Of a stretch of DNA of 64,000 nt, positions 35,320-48,302 are shown piece by piece. Position numbers and translations under genes: made by a program. How positions within the stretch are numbered: position 1 is the stretch's first letter; every line of letters begins with the position of its first letter. Source of the stretch: Malacoraja senta (taxonomy: Eukaryota); NCBI GenBank assembly GCA_038087875.1, contig JAXLNO010000555.1, forward strand, positions 1 through 64,000, in the 5' to 3' direction. The notes beneath the pieces are model-generated. The model had not been told where the DNA came from, searched no databases, and was given only the letters and a program-made list of their open reading frames with translations.

Positions 35320-36263
35320 CAAAGATCCTATAGCAAGCAAGATAGTGCACCTGACGAAAAAGACGTAGTAGGGTTATGGGCAGATTCATGGGAAATCTTC
35401 GGCCCCATTTCCGTAACTGGCTTCCTTCTCCGCCATCTTTGTACGCCATAGCAGAGCAAAGATACTAGTACGGAGACGGAAGCCAGTTACGGAAACATCC
35501 TCGTAAAATTCAAAGATCTTTGGTGAAAATCGTCTCCTCATTTTCTCTCTGCCTCTCTGCCCCTCTGCCCCATTAGTGAGACTCACTGACAGGGGGAAAG
35601 AGGGCGGGCATGAGATCCGAAGCTGAGAACAGACAGCCCTTCGGTTTCTTCCCCCATCACGCTCGCTGCCCGGCTCCCAAACTCCGGACTGGTCTGCTCT
35701 TCACTACTCCTCTGCATCGCTGACTGTCGGACATTTATTCCTCTTTCTGCCAAAATAGCTGAGCGCTGGAACGTCTCTTTTGTTCGGCCCGCCCCAGTGC
35801 TGCAGCAGTTTGGTGGGGGTCGGGCTCGTACCCCAGTGGATTGGAACAGTCTCCCCTTTTACACTGCCGTGTGGGCACAGCCTCTTTGCCCTCAGTGCCC
35901 CCTCCACACTTGCACAGTCCGATCCCAATCCCGGGGCTTTGAATCCAAAACATTAAAATAGAAAATTAACAGAATTATAATTTATTAACATATTAATCAT
36001 TCACAAAAAATAACAGAATTATGAATCATGAATCTAACACTGTATCACACCACATAATCTGGTCCCCCACAACGCTGATTACACTGCGAGAGAGATATAC
36101 CAAAGATCCTATAGCAAGCTATAGGATCTTTGGGATATACAAAGTCGGGTCGGGTTTACTGAAATGTCCGACGAAAAGGCTAACATTCCGCTCCATTGCG
36201 TACTACACGTCAGTCAATTGGTTATAGCAGGAATGCACCATCTTGCTTGCTATAGGATCTTTG
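35320..36263. mobile_element. Non-autonomous DNA transposon with 8-bp TSD, P-element-like
   Basis: 30-bp TIRs CAAAGATCCTATAGCAAGCAAGAT(A/G)GTGCA at 35320-35349 and 36234-36263. Perfect TSD CTTCTACC at 35312-35319 and 36264-36271. Splits a Penelope-type repeat. Superfamily is inferred. Confidence 0.85.
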
Positions 36264-36453
36264 CTTCTACCTTTCAGTATGAGGAAGAGTTCTGACCCGA
36301 AACGTCACCTATTCCTATTCTCCAGAAATGCTGCCTAACCCACTAAGTTACTCCAACACTTTTTGGCTATCTTCTAGTAGGGAAATATTGTAAATCCTGC
36401 CAAGCCGCATCTGTATTTTGTAGATTTCAACATGATGACTTCTGATTGTTCTT

Positions 36454-39442
36454 TTTTTTTTATTTTTATTTTTTTATTATTTTTATTAGAAGTACGGTAA
36501 ATTACAGTAATAGTATAGTATAGTATAGTATTTTAATGACCACACAGCCAAGCTGGTGGAATTTTCGGTTGTCAGCAGCGATACAATAATAAGAACACAC
36601 AACCACAATAAAAAATGTAACACAAACATCCACCACAGCATTCATCACTGTGGTGGAAGGCACAAAAATTTGGCCAATCCTCCTCCATTTCCCCTCCGTG
36701 AACAGGACCAGAGTCCAGAGTCAGTCCAGGATCGGCTCTTCCTCACCGGAGACCGCGGCTTTAAGTTGTTGTAGGCCGCAGGCCGGCTGTCGAGATTTAA
36801 AGTCTCCGCCGCAGCCAGAAGCACCGTAGACTGCAGGGCCGGCGGTCGAAGCTCCCCTGCAGGGGTGTTGGTAAGTCCATGCCGGCCCCGCGGTAGAAGT
36901 TGGCCACGGGCCGGCAGTGATGGCTTCTTCTTCTTCCCCCGGGTCCCCCACGAGGGATCCCGGGCTGTAGACGCCGCACCAGCTGGAGCTCTGCAGACCG
37001 TGACTTCAGGCTGCGACTTCAGGCTGCCGGCTGCCCCGGGCCAGCGAAACGGAGCATTCCCCTCCAGCGAGCCCCAGCGAGGGCTCACCCGCTCCACGCC
37101 GAGAGTCCACGCTGCGCCCGCCGCTGAAGCCCCGGGCGCGTCTCCGGGAAAGGCCGCGCCGATCCTTGATGTTAGGCCACGGGGGAGGCGACCTGGAAAA
37201 AGTCGCCTCTCCATGGAGGAGGCGACCGAAGCGGTTTCCCCCTTACCCCCCCACACCACCCCCCGCACAAGACACACAAAGAAACATTAAATACACACTT
37301 TAAAACATACTAAAAAATAAAAAAAGTTGAAAAAACGAACACGCTGCTGACATGGCCGCTACCCGCCGTATTTATTTATTTTTTATACCGCTTCATTTTT
37401 TTGAGCTTTAAGAGAAAGATAGAAGTAAGAAAAGTAAAGAAAGTGCGCAAGAGTCGTGAGGTGCAAGAGAGTGTTGTGAAAAGAAAGCCCCTTAGAAAAG
37501 AAGTTAGAGAAGGAAGTAAAGTAAGAAAGTAGATCCTAGAAAAGAAAGAAAAAGAAAGTAGGAACAATCGCAGAAAGGGAACCACCGACCAAGTCTGTTT
37601 TTATTGTTTTACCTCCCATTACCAGGTCCTGATACCATTCTTTATTTATTTATTTTTTAAATTACTATTGCACCTCATGCTTGTAATAGGTCCAAAAAAC
37701 GTAGACCACGTCTTTTGGAATTGGTCTGCTTTCCCTGCTAAGAGGAATCTCATCTCTTCCAGATGTAATGTTTCCAACATATTTGATGTCCACATTTTTA
37801 TTGTTGGTGTGGGCGCATTTTTCCAGAATTTAAGTATGAGCCTTTTTCCCATTATTAGCCCGTAATTGAATAAGTTCTTCTGATACACGTTTAATTCAGG
37901 GATACCTTCCGATATTCCAAAAATGATCCATTCTGGTTTTGGTACCAGTTTTATTTTAATTAATTTTGAGATAATATCAAATATTTCATACCAAAAATTT
38001 TTGATTTTTGTACAAAAAACAAAAGAATGCGCTATGGTAGCTTCTTGAGATAGGCATTTATCACAGATTGGTGAAACATTAGGAAAGATTTTATTTAATT
38101 TAGTTTTTGAATAATATAGTCTATGTGATGTTTTGAATTGGATGAGCGTATGTCGTACGTTGATCGAACATTTATGCACCTGTAGTAAGTGGTTATCCCA
38201 GCTCTCTTTTGAAATTTTTATAGCTAATTCTTGTTCCCAGTCTCTTCTAATTCCTTCTGTTGTGGGTATTTCTATGTTTAAAATGATATTATATAAGTAC
38301 GATATTAGATTAGCTGATTCCGCCTTTGTCTTCATTGCTTCATCTAGTAAGTCGGAAGGCATATTATGATAGTCTTTTGTGTATTTTTTCAGGTAATCAC
38401 GAATTTGTAGATATTTAAAATATTGATTATTTTTCAGATTATATTTCAGTTGTAGTTGTTGAAATTATAGTAATTTTCCCAATTCATACAGATCTTCGAG
38501 CGTTTTGATTCCCATTCTTTCCCATTGTATAAATGATTTGTCTATGGTTGAAGGTTTAAACGATGGGTTATTAACTATTGGTATTGAGAGAGATAGGTTT
38601 CTTAATTTTAGATTCTGTTTTATTTGTTTCCATGTTCTAATTGTGCTATTTATAATTGGGTTTTTATTATAATTTTTATTATTCAAATTTATTGGAGAGA
38701 GAATAATCACTCCTATATTACTCGGGGAACAGTCCTCTTTTTCCATTATAATCCAGTCCACCTGCTGGGCAGAATTGTCCAGCAGGTGAATCATATTTTT
38801 AATATTTACTGCCCATTTATAATACATAAAGTTAGGGAGCGCGAGACCCCCCAACTCTTTTCGTTTATTAAGGTGTGCACTTTGTATTCTATGGGATTTA
38901 TAATCCCATATAAAATTTGTAATGTCAGTCCAATTTTTTGAAAAACTTTTTTGGGAGATATATAGGTATTGATTGAAATAGGTATAGGATTTGTGGTAAG
39001 AAAATCATTTTTATAGCATTTATTCTGCCTATTAAGGACATCGGAAGTGTTTTCCAGAATTTAATCATATTATTTAATTTCTTAAGTAAGGGATTATAAT
39101 TGGCTTTAAACATATCCTGGTAATTTCTGGTAATTTCAATTCCCAAATATTTGAATTTTTCTATAGCTATTTTAAAGGGGAATTTCCTGAGGTGTGTTGA
39201 GTCTTTTGGTTTTATCGACATAATTTCACTTCTGTTCCAGTTTATTCTATATCCTGAAAAGGATCCAAAGTCCTCAATTAAATTTAATATATTTGGTATA
39301 CTAATTTGTGGTTTTGTGATGTACAATAGTACGTCATCGGCATATAAGGATATTTTGTTATTTGAATATTTTGTATTATAACCATAAATATCCATGTGTG
39401 TTCTTATTTTTTCAGCAAGGGGTTCAATTACTAAAGCAAATA
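36454..39442 (-). mobile_element. 5'-truncated L1 with 16-bp TSD
   Basis: Peptides ISLYADDVLLY, FSGYRINW, KYLGI, GGLALPNF and CDKC. T-rich tail on + at 36454-36490. TSD ACTTCTGATTGTTCTT at 36438-36453 and 39443-39458. Confidence 0.93.
36511..37368 (-). mobile_element. GC-rich SINE-like element nested in the L1 3' UTR
   Basis: (TAGTA)n tail at 36511-36530, hairpin at 36629-36657, GC-rich body. L1 sequence resumes on both sides. Confidence 0.7.
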
Positions 39443-40214
39443 ACTTCTGATTGTTCTTAATTCAAGCCATTGTTTAATCAATTCTGAAAGTATAACCACC
39501 GTTCCCCTATCCCAGAAATCAATCTGGTGAACCTTTTCTGCATTCCTCCTGATTACATTTTGCCTTAGGTGGGGAGACTAGATCTCTACACATTATTCCA
39601 GAAACAGTCTCACCAGGGGCCACTCTAATTAAAGCTAGATGCCTTTACATTTGCACTAAAATCGTTTTGAATTAATACCAGTTGCTTCCCTAATTGCCAG
39701 CTGCATCAACGTGATAATTTTCAGTAATTTGTGTACATGGACATCCAACTCCCTCCAAATGCCCAAAATTTCAATCCTTTTAAATACATTCCTCTGCGCT
39801 GATTTTTCTACCCAAGGCAAGTTTCTCATGGATTCTCATGGAACCCAATAAAATTCTAACAGGAGGAAGCAAACAAAATGCAGGAAGGATATTCCTGATG
39901 GCTGGACAGTACAGAAGTCACAATCTCAGAATACCAGGTATACTATTTAGAACCAAATTCAGATGAAATATAATCTCGCGAGTGGGGTAGTAAACACTAA
40001 GGTATTCCTGACCACAAAAGACAATGAACACCACGTCATGAACTATATTTCAGAAGGAAGTAGATATATGTCTCAACGTCAAAGGTATGAAGGGACATGA
40101 GAAGAATGTGCCAGCAGTGTACTGAAGTGAATGATCAGCCATGATCTTGATGAATGGTAGCCTACCCAGAAGGTTGAGTAGCCTAACCATCCCCCCAAAT
40201 TTCTATTTTTCTGA

Positions 40215-40958
40215 TGGGCCTGTCCCACTTAGGTGATTTTTCAGCGGACTGCCGGCGACTGTCAAGGTGGAGGCCAGGGCAAGTGGGGGAGTTCTGTCTG
40301 AAATCCACACGGTGCAAAGCCAAGGTGATACAGACACACACCACGATGAACAGGAAGGTTGGCGCTGTAATTAAGACGGCTAGCACAGTGTACGGTAAGT
40401 CCTTTAAAAGAGGCGGGGAGAACGGGGGAGAAGGGGGTGAGAAGGGGGGAGAGAGGGGGAGAGGAATGGAGACAACTTTTAGAAGACAACTTTTAAGAAG
40501 CCAGACAACTTTTAATAAGCCAGAGACACACGGCTGTGAAGTTCGGCGGACATTTAACATTACCGGTCGGTTATCCTTGGTTCTGAAAACTCCTGCTTAT
40601 GTTTTTTTTCCCCAATGAGCCAATGAAAATGACCGGTCAGCAAAGGCAATTAACAAAAACTACCTACGAGTAACTTGACTACCTATAACTACATGGCGAC
40701 CCCACTACAACTGCACCTACGACTACAGGATTATCGACTATCTCCATGGCGACCAATTTTTGGTTGCAGAAAATGTTTCAACATGTTGAAAAATTTGCGG
40801 CGACCATACTGAGGCCGCAACCAGTTCCCAGAATGCAGGAACTCCTCGCGACCATGAAGTAGACTCACCAGAGACCACCAGCAAACATGTGGCGACCATG
40901 TGGTGAGCGCAGAGTCTCCTGCACTTGCCTAAAAAGTTGCCTAAGTGGGACGGGCCCA
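40215..40958. mobile_element. Harbinger-type MITE with 3-bp TSD
   Basis: TIRs TGGGCCTGTCCCACTTAGG..CCTAAGTGGGACGGGCCCA. TSD TGA at 40212-40214 and 40959-40961. Reverse-complement relative of 61060-61648. Confidence 0.9.
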
Positions 40959-41230
40959 TGAGTAAGTGCTGGGATCCCAACATCGATCCTTTCAGCATGT
41001 TAATAGTGTGAAATTCACTGCTTAAAATTGTTCTTTGCACTGTTTTATACGGTAACCAGAAATTTCACTCCTACATAGCATTTTCTAAGCTTGTTCAGTA
41101 ATGTCTTTGTGTAACCTTCTGAAGGCTTTCTGAAAGTCCAAATATATCATGTTAATTTGTTCACTCTTATCTATTCTGCAAATTACTAACTTACAGCAAG
41201 CTCCAACAGTTTGTCATGCCCAATTTTCCT

Positions 41231-42122
41231 TTCAAGTCAAGTCAAGAGTGTTTTATTGTCATATGTCCCAGCTAGGACAATGAAATTCTTACGCAGCAGC
41301 ACAACAGAATATGTAAACATAGTACATAACGGGAGAAAAAAAGTTCAGTGTGTATATTTACACATATAATAAATAAATATAGTGCAATAATAATAATAGT
41401 CTGTTGTAGTTCAGAGCTTATTTGTTGTTGTGTTTAATAGCCTGATGGCTGTAGGGAAGAATCTGTTCCTGAACCTGGACGTTACAGTTTTCAGGATCCT
41501 GTACCTTCTTCCCGATGGCAATGGTGAAATGAATGTGTGGCCAGGATGGTGTGGGTCTTTGATGATGTTGGCTGCCTTTTTGAGGCAGCGACTTCGATAA
41601 ATCCCTTCGATGGTGGGGAGGTCAGAGCCGGTGATGGACTGGGCAGTGATCACAACTTTTTGCAGTCTTTTCCGTTCCTGGACGTTCAAGTTGCCAAACC
41701 AGGCCAAGATGCAACCAGTCAATATGCTCTCTGCTGTGCACCTTTAGAAGTTCAAGAGAAACCTCTTTGACATATCAAATCTCTGTAATCTTCTCGGGAA
41801 GTAGAGGTGCTGATGTGCCTTCTTTATAATTGCATCAGTGCTGGGTCCAGGAAAGATCTTCGGAAATATGCACGCCCAGGAATTTGAAGTTTTTGACCTT
41901 CTCCACTGTCGTTTCATTGATATAAACAGGATTGTGGGTCCTCATCCTTCCCCTTCCAAAGTACACATTCAGTTCCTTGGTTTTACTGACGTTGAGAGGC
42001 AGGTTGTTGTGCTGGCACCATTTGGTCAATCGGTCGATCTCACTTCTATCCTCTGACTCATCACCATCGGTACTTCGTCCAACAACAGTGGTGTCGTCGG
42101 CGAACTTGATGATGGAGTTCAC
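41231..42122 (-). mobile_element. Rex1/Babar LINE 3' fragment
   Basis: Peptides NSIIKFADDTTVVG, LNVSKTKEL, FKFLGVHISEDLSW and SRFRNRFFPTAIRLLN. (CTTGA)n tail. Confidence 0.9.
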
Positions 42123-43237
42123 AAATTGATCTTGAATCTGCCCAATCCTTCTATCGCTTTCTGAGTCTCGAATTACCACTTCCTTTAACAATACATCTCA
42201 GCATTTTCTCAGCTACTGATGGCGGGCTTATTCATTCATGGTTCCCTGTAATTTTTTTCTCCTTCCTCAGAACATTGCGAACACGTGAATTTCAACAGCA
42301 AAGTGCAACCTACCAAAGTGACCATATAGTGCATTTATATAAATGAAACTGTTTGAACATAAAATCATTTACTCCCGTAGAGCAGGAAGTGGAGAGGAGA
42401 CTTTGCACACCAGAAGATACCACAAAGCAGAAAATGCTGCAGCAACCTGTAAAACGAAAGGATTGTTGGAGCACATTACTGATGCTGCATTCAAACTGTA
42501 CTCTTCAGCTCCCAAAAAGAAGGCGGTGTCTGTGAAAATGGAGCAGCGAAGAAATAAAAAGGCATCATAGGCATCAAAAGGACTGTCCCATGGGAATATG
42601 GGATTTTATTTTCTATTGATACATAAAACAAGGCTGAGATGCGGGGTTGGGGGGGGGGGGGCAGGGGTCACACAGCAATTTCAGATAGCATACAGAAAAC
42701 ATAAAATCAACATTACTTCAACTTAAGCTGTGTTGGTGGAGGAAGGGTTACAAGTTCAAGTCAGAGGAATGTTAAGTACCACACAGGAAATCAATCAACA
42801 CAAGAAAAATTTATTCCTAGAACGTCTTTAACACTTAAACATGCCGCAACAGTGTTATCAAACAAAATTTTATCCAAGCCACATATCAGGACAGATGATC
42901 AAAAGTATGACCAAAGAAAGTTTAGAGAGTGTCTTAAAGGAGGTGAGAGAGATAGAAAGGTGAAGCAATTTGGGAAGGGAAGTCCTGAACTGCCAGGCCA
43001 CAGAGGTAGGAGGTTGGTATAACAGAGCAGAAATGAAAAATCATGGAGATCATGGCTGTGGGTCAGTTTACGGGTCGAGGCATTGTCGAATAAGGAGTCA
43101 GAATGTGGAGGTGAGTACAGGGGTGATGGTTGAATTGGACTCAATATGAGTTAGGCTGTTGCAGCAATAAACTTAATGGATGTCCCCATCTGTGTTTATT
43201 TTCTGATCTTGTTTCAAGTAATAAAAAATAAATAAAT

Positions 43238-43585
43238 AGAAACATAGAAACATAGAAAATAGGTGCAGGAGAAGGCCATTCGGCCCTTCGAGCCAGCACC
43301 ACCATTCAATGTGATCATGGCTGATCGTCCCCTATCAATAACCCGTGCCTGCCTTCTCCCCATATCCCTTGACTCCACTAGCCCCTAGAACGCTATCTAA
43401 CTCTCTCTTAAATCCATCCAGTGATTTGGCCTCCACTGCCGTCTGTGGCAGGGAATTCCATAAATTCACAACTCTATGGGTGAAAAAGTTTTTTCTCACC
43501 TCAGTCTTAAATGAACTCCCCTTTATTCTAAGACTGTGGCCCCTGGTTCTGGACTCGCCCAACATTGGGAAATTTTTTCCTGCAA
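43238..43585 (-). mobile_element. CR1 3' fragment
   Basis: Peptide RTRGHSLRI..FFTHRVVNLWNSLP. (TTTCTATG)n tail. Confidence 0.9.
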
Positions 43586-46500
43586 ATGTATTAAAATGTA
43601 TTAAAAATATATTAAAAATGTATTATAAATATAGAAAATGTCCAACATTTTTTGTAAATTATTTAGTAATATCCTCTGTACACTCAGCTCCCAGACCTTG
43701 GGTTGATAAATGTAAAAATTGTCCCTAGTGGGTGTAGGATAGTGTTAATGTGCAGAGATCACAGGTCAGCGTGGACCTGGTGGGCCGAAGGGCCTGTTTC
43801 CGCGTTGTATCTCTAAACTAAACTAAACTAAACTAAACAAAACTAAACACAGCATATCAACATTCAACCCACAATGTATGTGCTGAACATAAAACCAATA
43901 CCAAATATTATCTGTCTGCTCCGAGTCTTTATCCCCCCATTCTCTGCTTATCGTATTCTATCCACAAGTCTCTTAAATGTCACTATTGTATCTGCCTCAA
44001 CCACCACCCCGGATAGCATGTTTCAGGCACCCACCACCTTCTGTGTAAAATAACTGCCCCACACATCTCCTTTAAACTTTGTCCCACTCACCTTAAAGCT
44101 ATGTCTATGAGGATTTCATATTTCCATCCTGTGAAAAAAGTTTGGTTTTCATTTCTAACCTTTGTTACTTACTGCCAAAGACACCCTCTTATATAACTAT
44201 TGTTAATCCTGGATAAAACTGAGCAGCCATCGTGCCAACATTTAGTAAGGACTCATGTATTGCTAGGTCATTTTGGTCAAGTCTGAAGTGCTCTGCAGAA
44301 ATAAGACAAGCTTCTGAATGGTGCCAGTAAGTCTAGGTTCCAGATAAGTGTTGCATATTCAATTGACAGATGGATGGCATTTCGGCAGATGACATCCAAG
44401 GAAATGTAAAATGAATGAAGTTAATTGAATCAATGCAAACTAAGTGTACATATTATAAATAATGTTGCTAGACTGTTACCCTGCTGTATGTTGATTGGTT
44501 AAAGTGTTAAGCCCCTGGCCGGTTTGTTTGGATTCCAGGGTAAATGTTGCAATATTCAATTTTGGTTAGCTTCTTCTGGAAGCTTCTCCTGCAACAATGT
44601 AAGGGAGATTCTGTTATTGGTCTGTGTAACTGTCAATAATGTATTGTTGTAATTAATGTGTTTGATTGGATTGTAAATATACCACACCTCTGTAGTTCGG
44701 CCCCTCAAGGTTCGGGGACCTATAAAAGGCCGCCCCCACGAGGTCCTTTGTCGATCTTCTGGAAGAGCGCTTGATACTGTATGACCTTTTGGAGTGCTTC
44801 TGCTTGCACGAGGCTGAAGGGCTTGGCCAGGCAGAGACAAGGATCGAACCCGCAGTTCTTTAGGTACGTATAGGGGAATTTGTTGTTCTATCCAAAAATA
44901 AAGTTAGTTGTTCCAGTGCTTGAATCAGTGTTTTATTGACTGGACTAGACTGGGGGGGAGCTTAGAAGAGCTTATTTACATTGGGGGCTCGTCCAGGATC
45001 TCAATGGACCCCCAAACACAAGCTTGCGATTAAGGGTGTTGAGCTGTTCCCGATCGTGAGTGCAGAAATTGGAGCCACGGTGCAGTTTTCGCATGGATTT
45101 TCATCACTTCGCTAGTCGGAGCAGATCGATCATTCGTGGGCTTAGGAAAGGGTCGCAACGAGATTGTAGAACAGAGTCTAGCAAGCACCGAGGGCATTAG
45201 TGCCTTTAGGGTTAGAGGCCCTACTGGAACTGGGTTAAAGCCCATAACATAACATCAGAGTTGGGTTTAATGCCCGTAAAACTTGGTCATAGTTAGTAGC
45301 TGCAGCTGCTGGCGAACACCATAAAACTATTCTGTAAAAAAATTAGAGGTTCGAGGCCCTTTCCAGACCGGGTATCCAATTGAACGGGTATTTCAAGACG
45401 GTTAGGGTGTAACAGTGCTAAGCGTCTAAGCACTGCGTCGTTGCTGGGGGTGCAGATTGGAAATGCGCTCGAATAATTAGCATCAACTGCCAGCGTGAAG
45501 AGACTACGCGCTGACACCTAGTGCCAAGCAGGTGGAAAGGAAGAAGCCTTTTTGACAGGGTGAGCCTAGGTTGGTTAAATTCCACGCCTGTTTGAGATAT
45601 CCGGATCTCTGAAAAGACAGGGGAGGACTCTCGTAAAGGCATCGGGCACTCAGTGGTTAGAGTATAGATTGGTTGAGAATACTGTAATCATTTGAGAAGG
45701 CTATCCGAACTAAATTTGAATTTGCATTTGCGAACGTTGAGTTACGCACCAAAAAGCGAATTAGTCCGATCAGAGCGAACTGAAACTCGGGATCGAGAAC
45801 AACCCATTGATAGAAAGGAGCAAAATTAATTAAGAAACCAAGAAAGAGACAAAGTAGCTGGATTCAGAAGATAAAGAACAAATTCAAAGGAACTTAGATT
45901 GGCACTAGGGTAAGAAATAAAAGAATATATAGCACAGGAGGTATAGTAGTGAGGAATAGGAGCAACTGTGAACGTGTTTAATAACTTTTTGTTGAGTTGT
46001 TGTGCCTTCAGGACAGTATTACCTATGAAATGCCGTTATCTGGAGAGCGAGGAAAAAAGAGTATATGGACCCTCAAGAATGGGCAGAAGACACAGCTCAG
46101 GTAGGATGTGTAATCATCATTCCAACCAGGTAGCTCCTCAGAGACAGACACAAACAGAAATGAAGAAGTGATACTGTCCTGTCCCTTTAACCTACCATCT
46201 GGGAAAGGCCAACAGACAAAGAAGGCTGCTCCTCAGTATTCCTATTCCTACAAATTTAAAAAAAGATCTCACACATACCCTACTGCCCAACCGTACCAAA
46301 ATAACATAATAATTGACACCAGTGTAAAGGAAGAACAAGTCTCAAGAATGTAAATAAATATAGACAGCCTATAGAGACCATTGAGGCAAGTTCCAACTTA
46401 AAAGAATTAAAGAAGAAAACCTGGGAATGTACACTCCTCTGTGGTTCGTGGACACCTGCTTTGCGCCTAAATTTAGCTGTAAGGAATAAATTGACAATAT

Positions 46501-46877
46501 TCTGAATTAGATCTCTAAAATTGTGTGGTGAAGCATTGGAAGGACTTTGAAATTTGAGATTTGGAAATGGGTTATGGGATATGGCTTAGGAGTATTTGAA
46601 ATTTGAGGATTAACCTGGTATTTTTATTGTCTCACCCCCAGACAGACAGCCAGAGATGGGAAGGATTGGTAACAGTCATGGAGGAAAGAACAGAACTTGA
46701 CAGAGGTCCGTTATTGTAGAACATGAATGAAATTTCAGAGAACGTGAGAGATGGCGTAAAAAGAATAGGGAATGAGGAAGTGCAAGGACAAAGCTTCCCT
46801 TCAAAAAGTCAAGGCTAACCACCTAGAGAAGAGTAACTGGAGAAGAAAGAGTTGACTGAATTAGAAGAAGTACCAGG

Positions 46878-47270
46878 GGAGTGGGTACTTGTTGTCAGAG
46901 ACGATGTATTTGACCGGTGGATCAAAATGTATCCTACCCTTGATAATAAGGCGGCTACTATTATCAAGGCATAAAGAAAATTGTCCCTAGATTCGGTATT
47001 CTTAATTGGCTTGATTTGAAATAATGGTCCACAACATATGGAAATTAATTGATGAAATTAAACAGCTGGGAATTCCACAGAAACTGAATTGTGTTATCGA
47101 CCGCAAACTGTGGATTGGAAAAGGGTAAGACAGACCCTGAAATTCAAAATAGTAAATTAAAGGCTGAGACTGAATTTGGCTGAATTGAAGCATTCCCCAT
47201 GGTTGTTTTGAATAAGAGTCACGCCTGTAGGGAAATCTGGACCGAACCCAGCTGAAATTTATATGAGGAA
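46878..47270 (+). pseudogene. Retroviral integrase core remnant
   Basis: Frameshifted reading EWVLVV.DVFDRWI..YPTLDNKAATII, IVPRFGI, NGPQH, CYRPQT, QTLKFKIVKL, IRVTPVGKSG.NPAEI. This parallels MLV-type LVFVDTFSGWVEAFPT..PRFG..DNGP..YRPQSSG..RNTP. Homologue at ~15970-16336. Confidence 0.72.
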
Positions 47271-48302
47271 CCTTCATTAGAAGTACATTGGAAACCATCA
47301 TGTAACTGCAGAGATAACTGACTACATGTTAGTGTTGATCATAGTATGGGAAAGATAATATCACAGAATAGTAATAGTATAATGAATGAGGGCTTTTGGT
47401 TAATAGTGGATGACAGGAATGCATGGGAAAGCATCAGTGAAAGTATGGAGTGTAACTTACTTCATCCCAAGTTCTCTTGGGAATTATAGGTTCAACTATG
47501 GATTAAGTACAGAGTGATTGACAACACAGATGGAGGGGATTTGCGCCCACGAAAACTCGGGAGGTGAAGACTCATCAGACGGGAATCATGAAGCATAGCC
47601 CACGAAAACTCGGGAAGCTTGATGAGATTTTGAGAAGAAACATCATCATCTTGTTGTTAATTTGTTTCATAATGTACCAGTCTTATCAGAAATGATGGTT
47701 ATCATATATATGATCAAAGGAGGAATGTTAATTCTGGCTAAAACCGAGCAGCCAAATTTAGTAAGGACTCATGTATTGCTAGGCCATTTTGGTCACGTCT
47801 GATATGCTCTGCAGAAACAAGACAAGCTTCTGAATGGTGCCAGTAAGTCTAGGTCTCAGATCAGTGTTGCATATTCAATTGACAGATGGATGGGATTTCT
47901 GCAAAGGACATCCAAGGAAATGTAAAATGCATGAAGTTAATTGGATCAATGTAAACTAAGTGTACATATTGTAAATAATGTTGCTAGACAGTTACCCTGC
48001 TGTGTGTTGATTTATTAGAGTGTTAAGCACCTGGCCGGTTTGTTTGGATTCCAGGGTAAATTTTGCATTATTCAAGTTCTGTTAGCTTCTTCTGGAAGCT
48101 TCTTCTGCAACAATGTAAGGGAGATTATGTTATTGGTCTGTGTAACTGTCAATAAAGTATTGTTGTAATTAATGTGTTTGATTGGATTGTAAATATATCA
48201 CCTCTCTGTAGTTTGGCCCTTCAAGGTTCGGGGACCTATAAAAGGCAGCCATCATGAGGTCCTTTGTCGATCTTCTGGAAGAGCGCTTGGGACTGTGTGA
48301 CC

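Noticed and set aside
36645..37290. Overlapping 140-210 aa ORFs in GC-rich blocks (also 18795-19301, 56484-57071, 10936-11234)
   Set aside because: They are open on several frames and both strands because stops are rare at high GC. No domain motifs; all lie within repeats.
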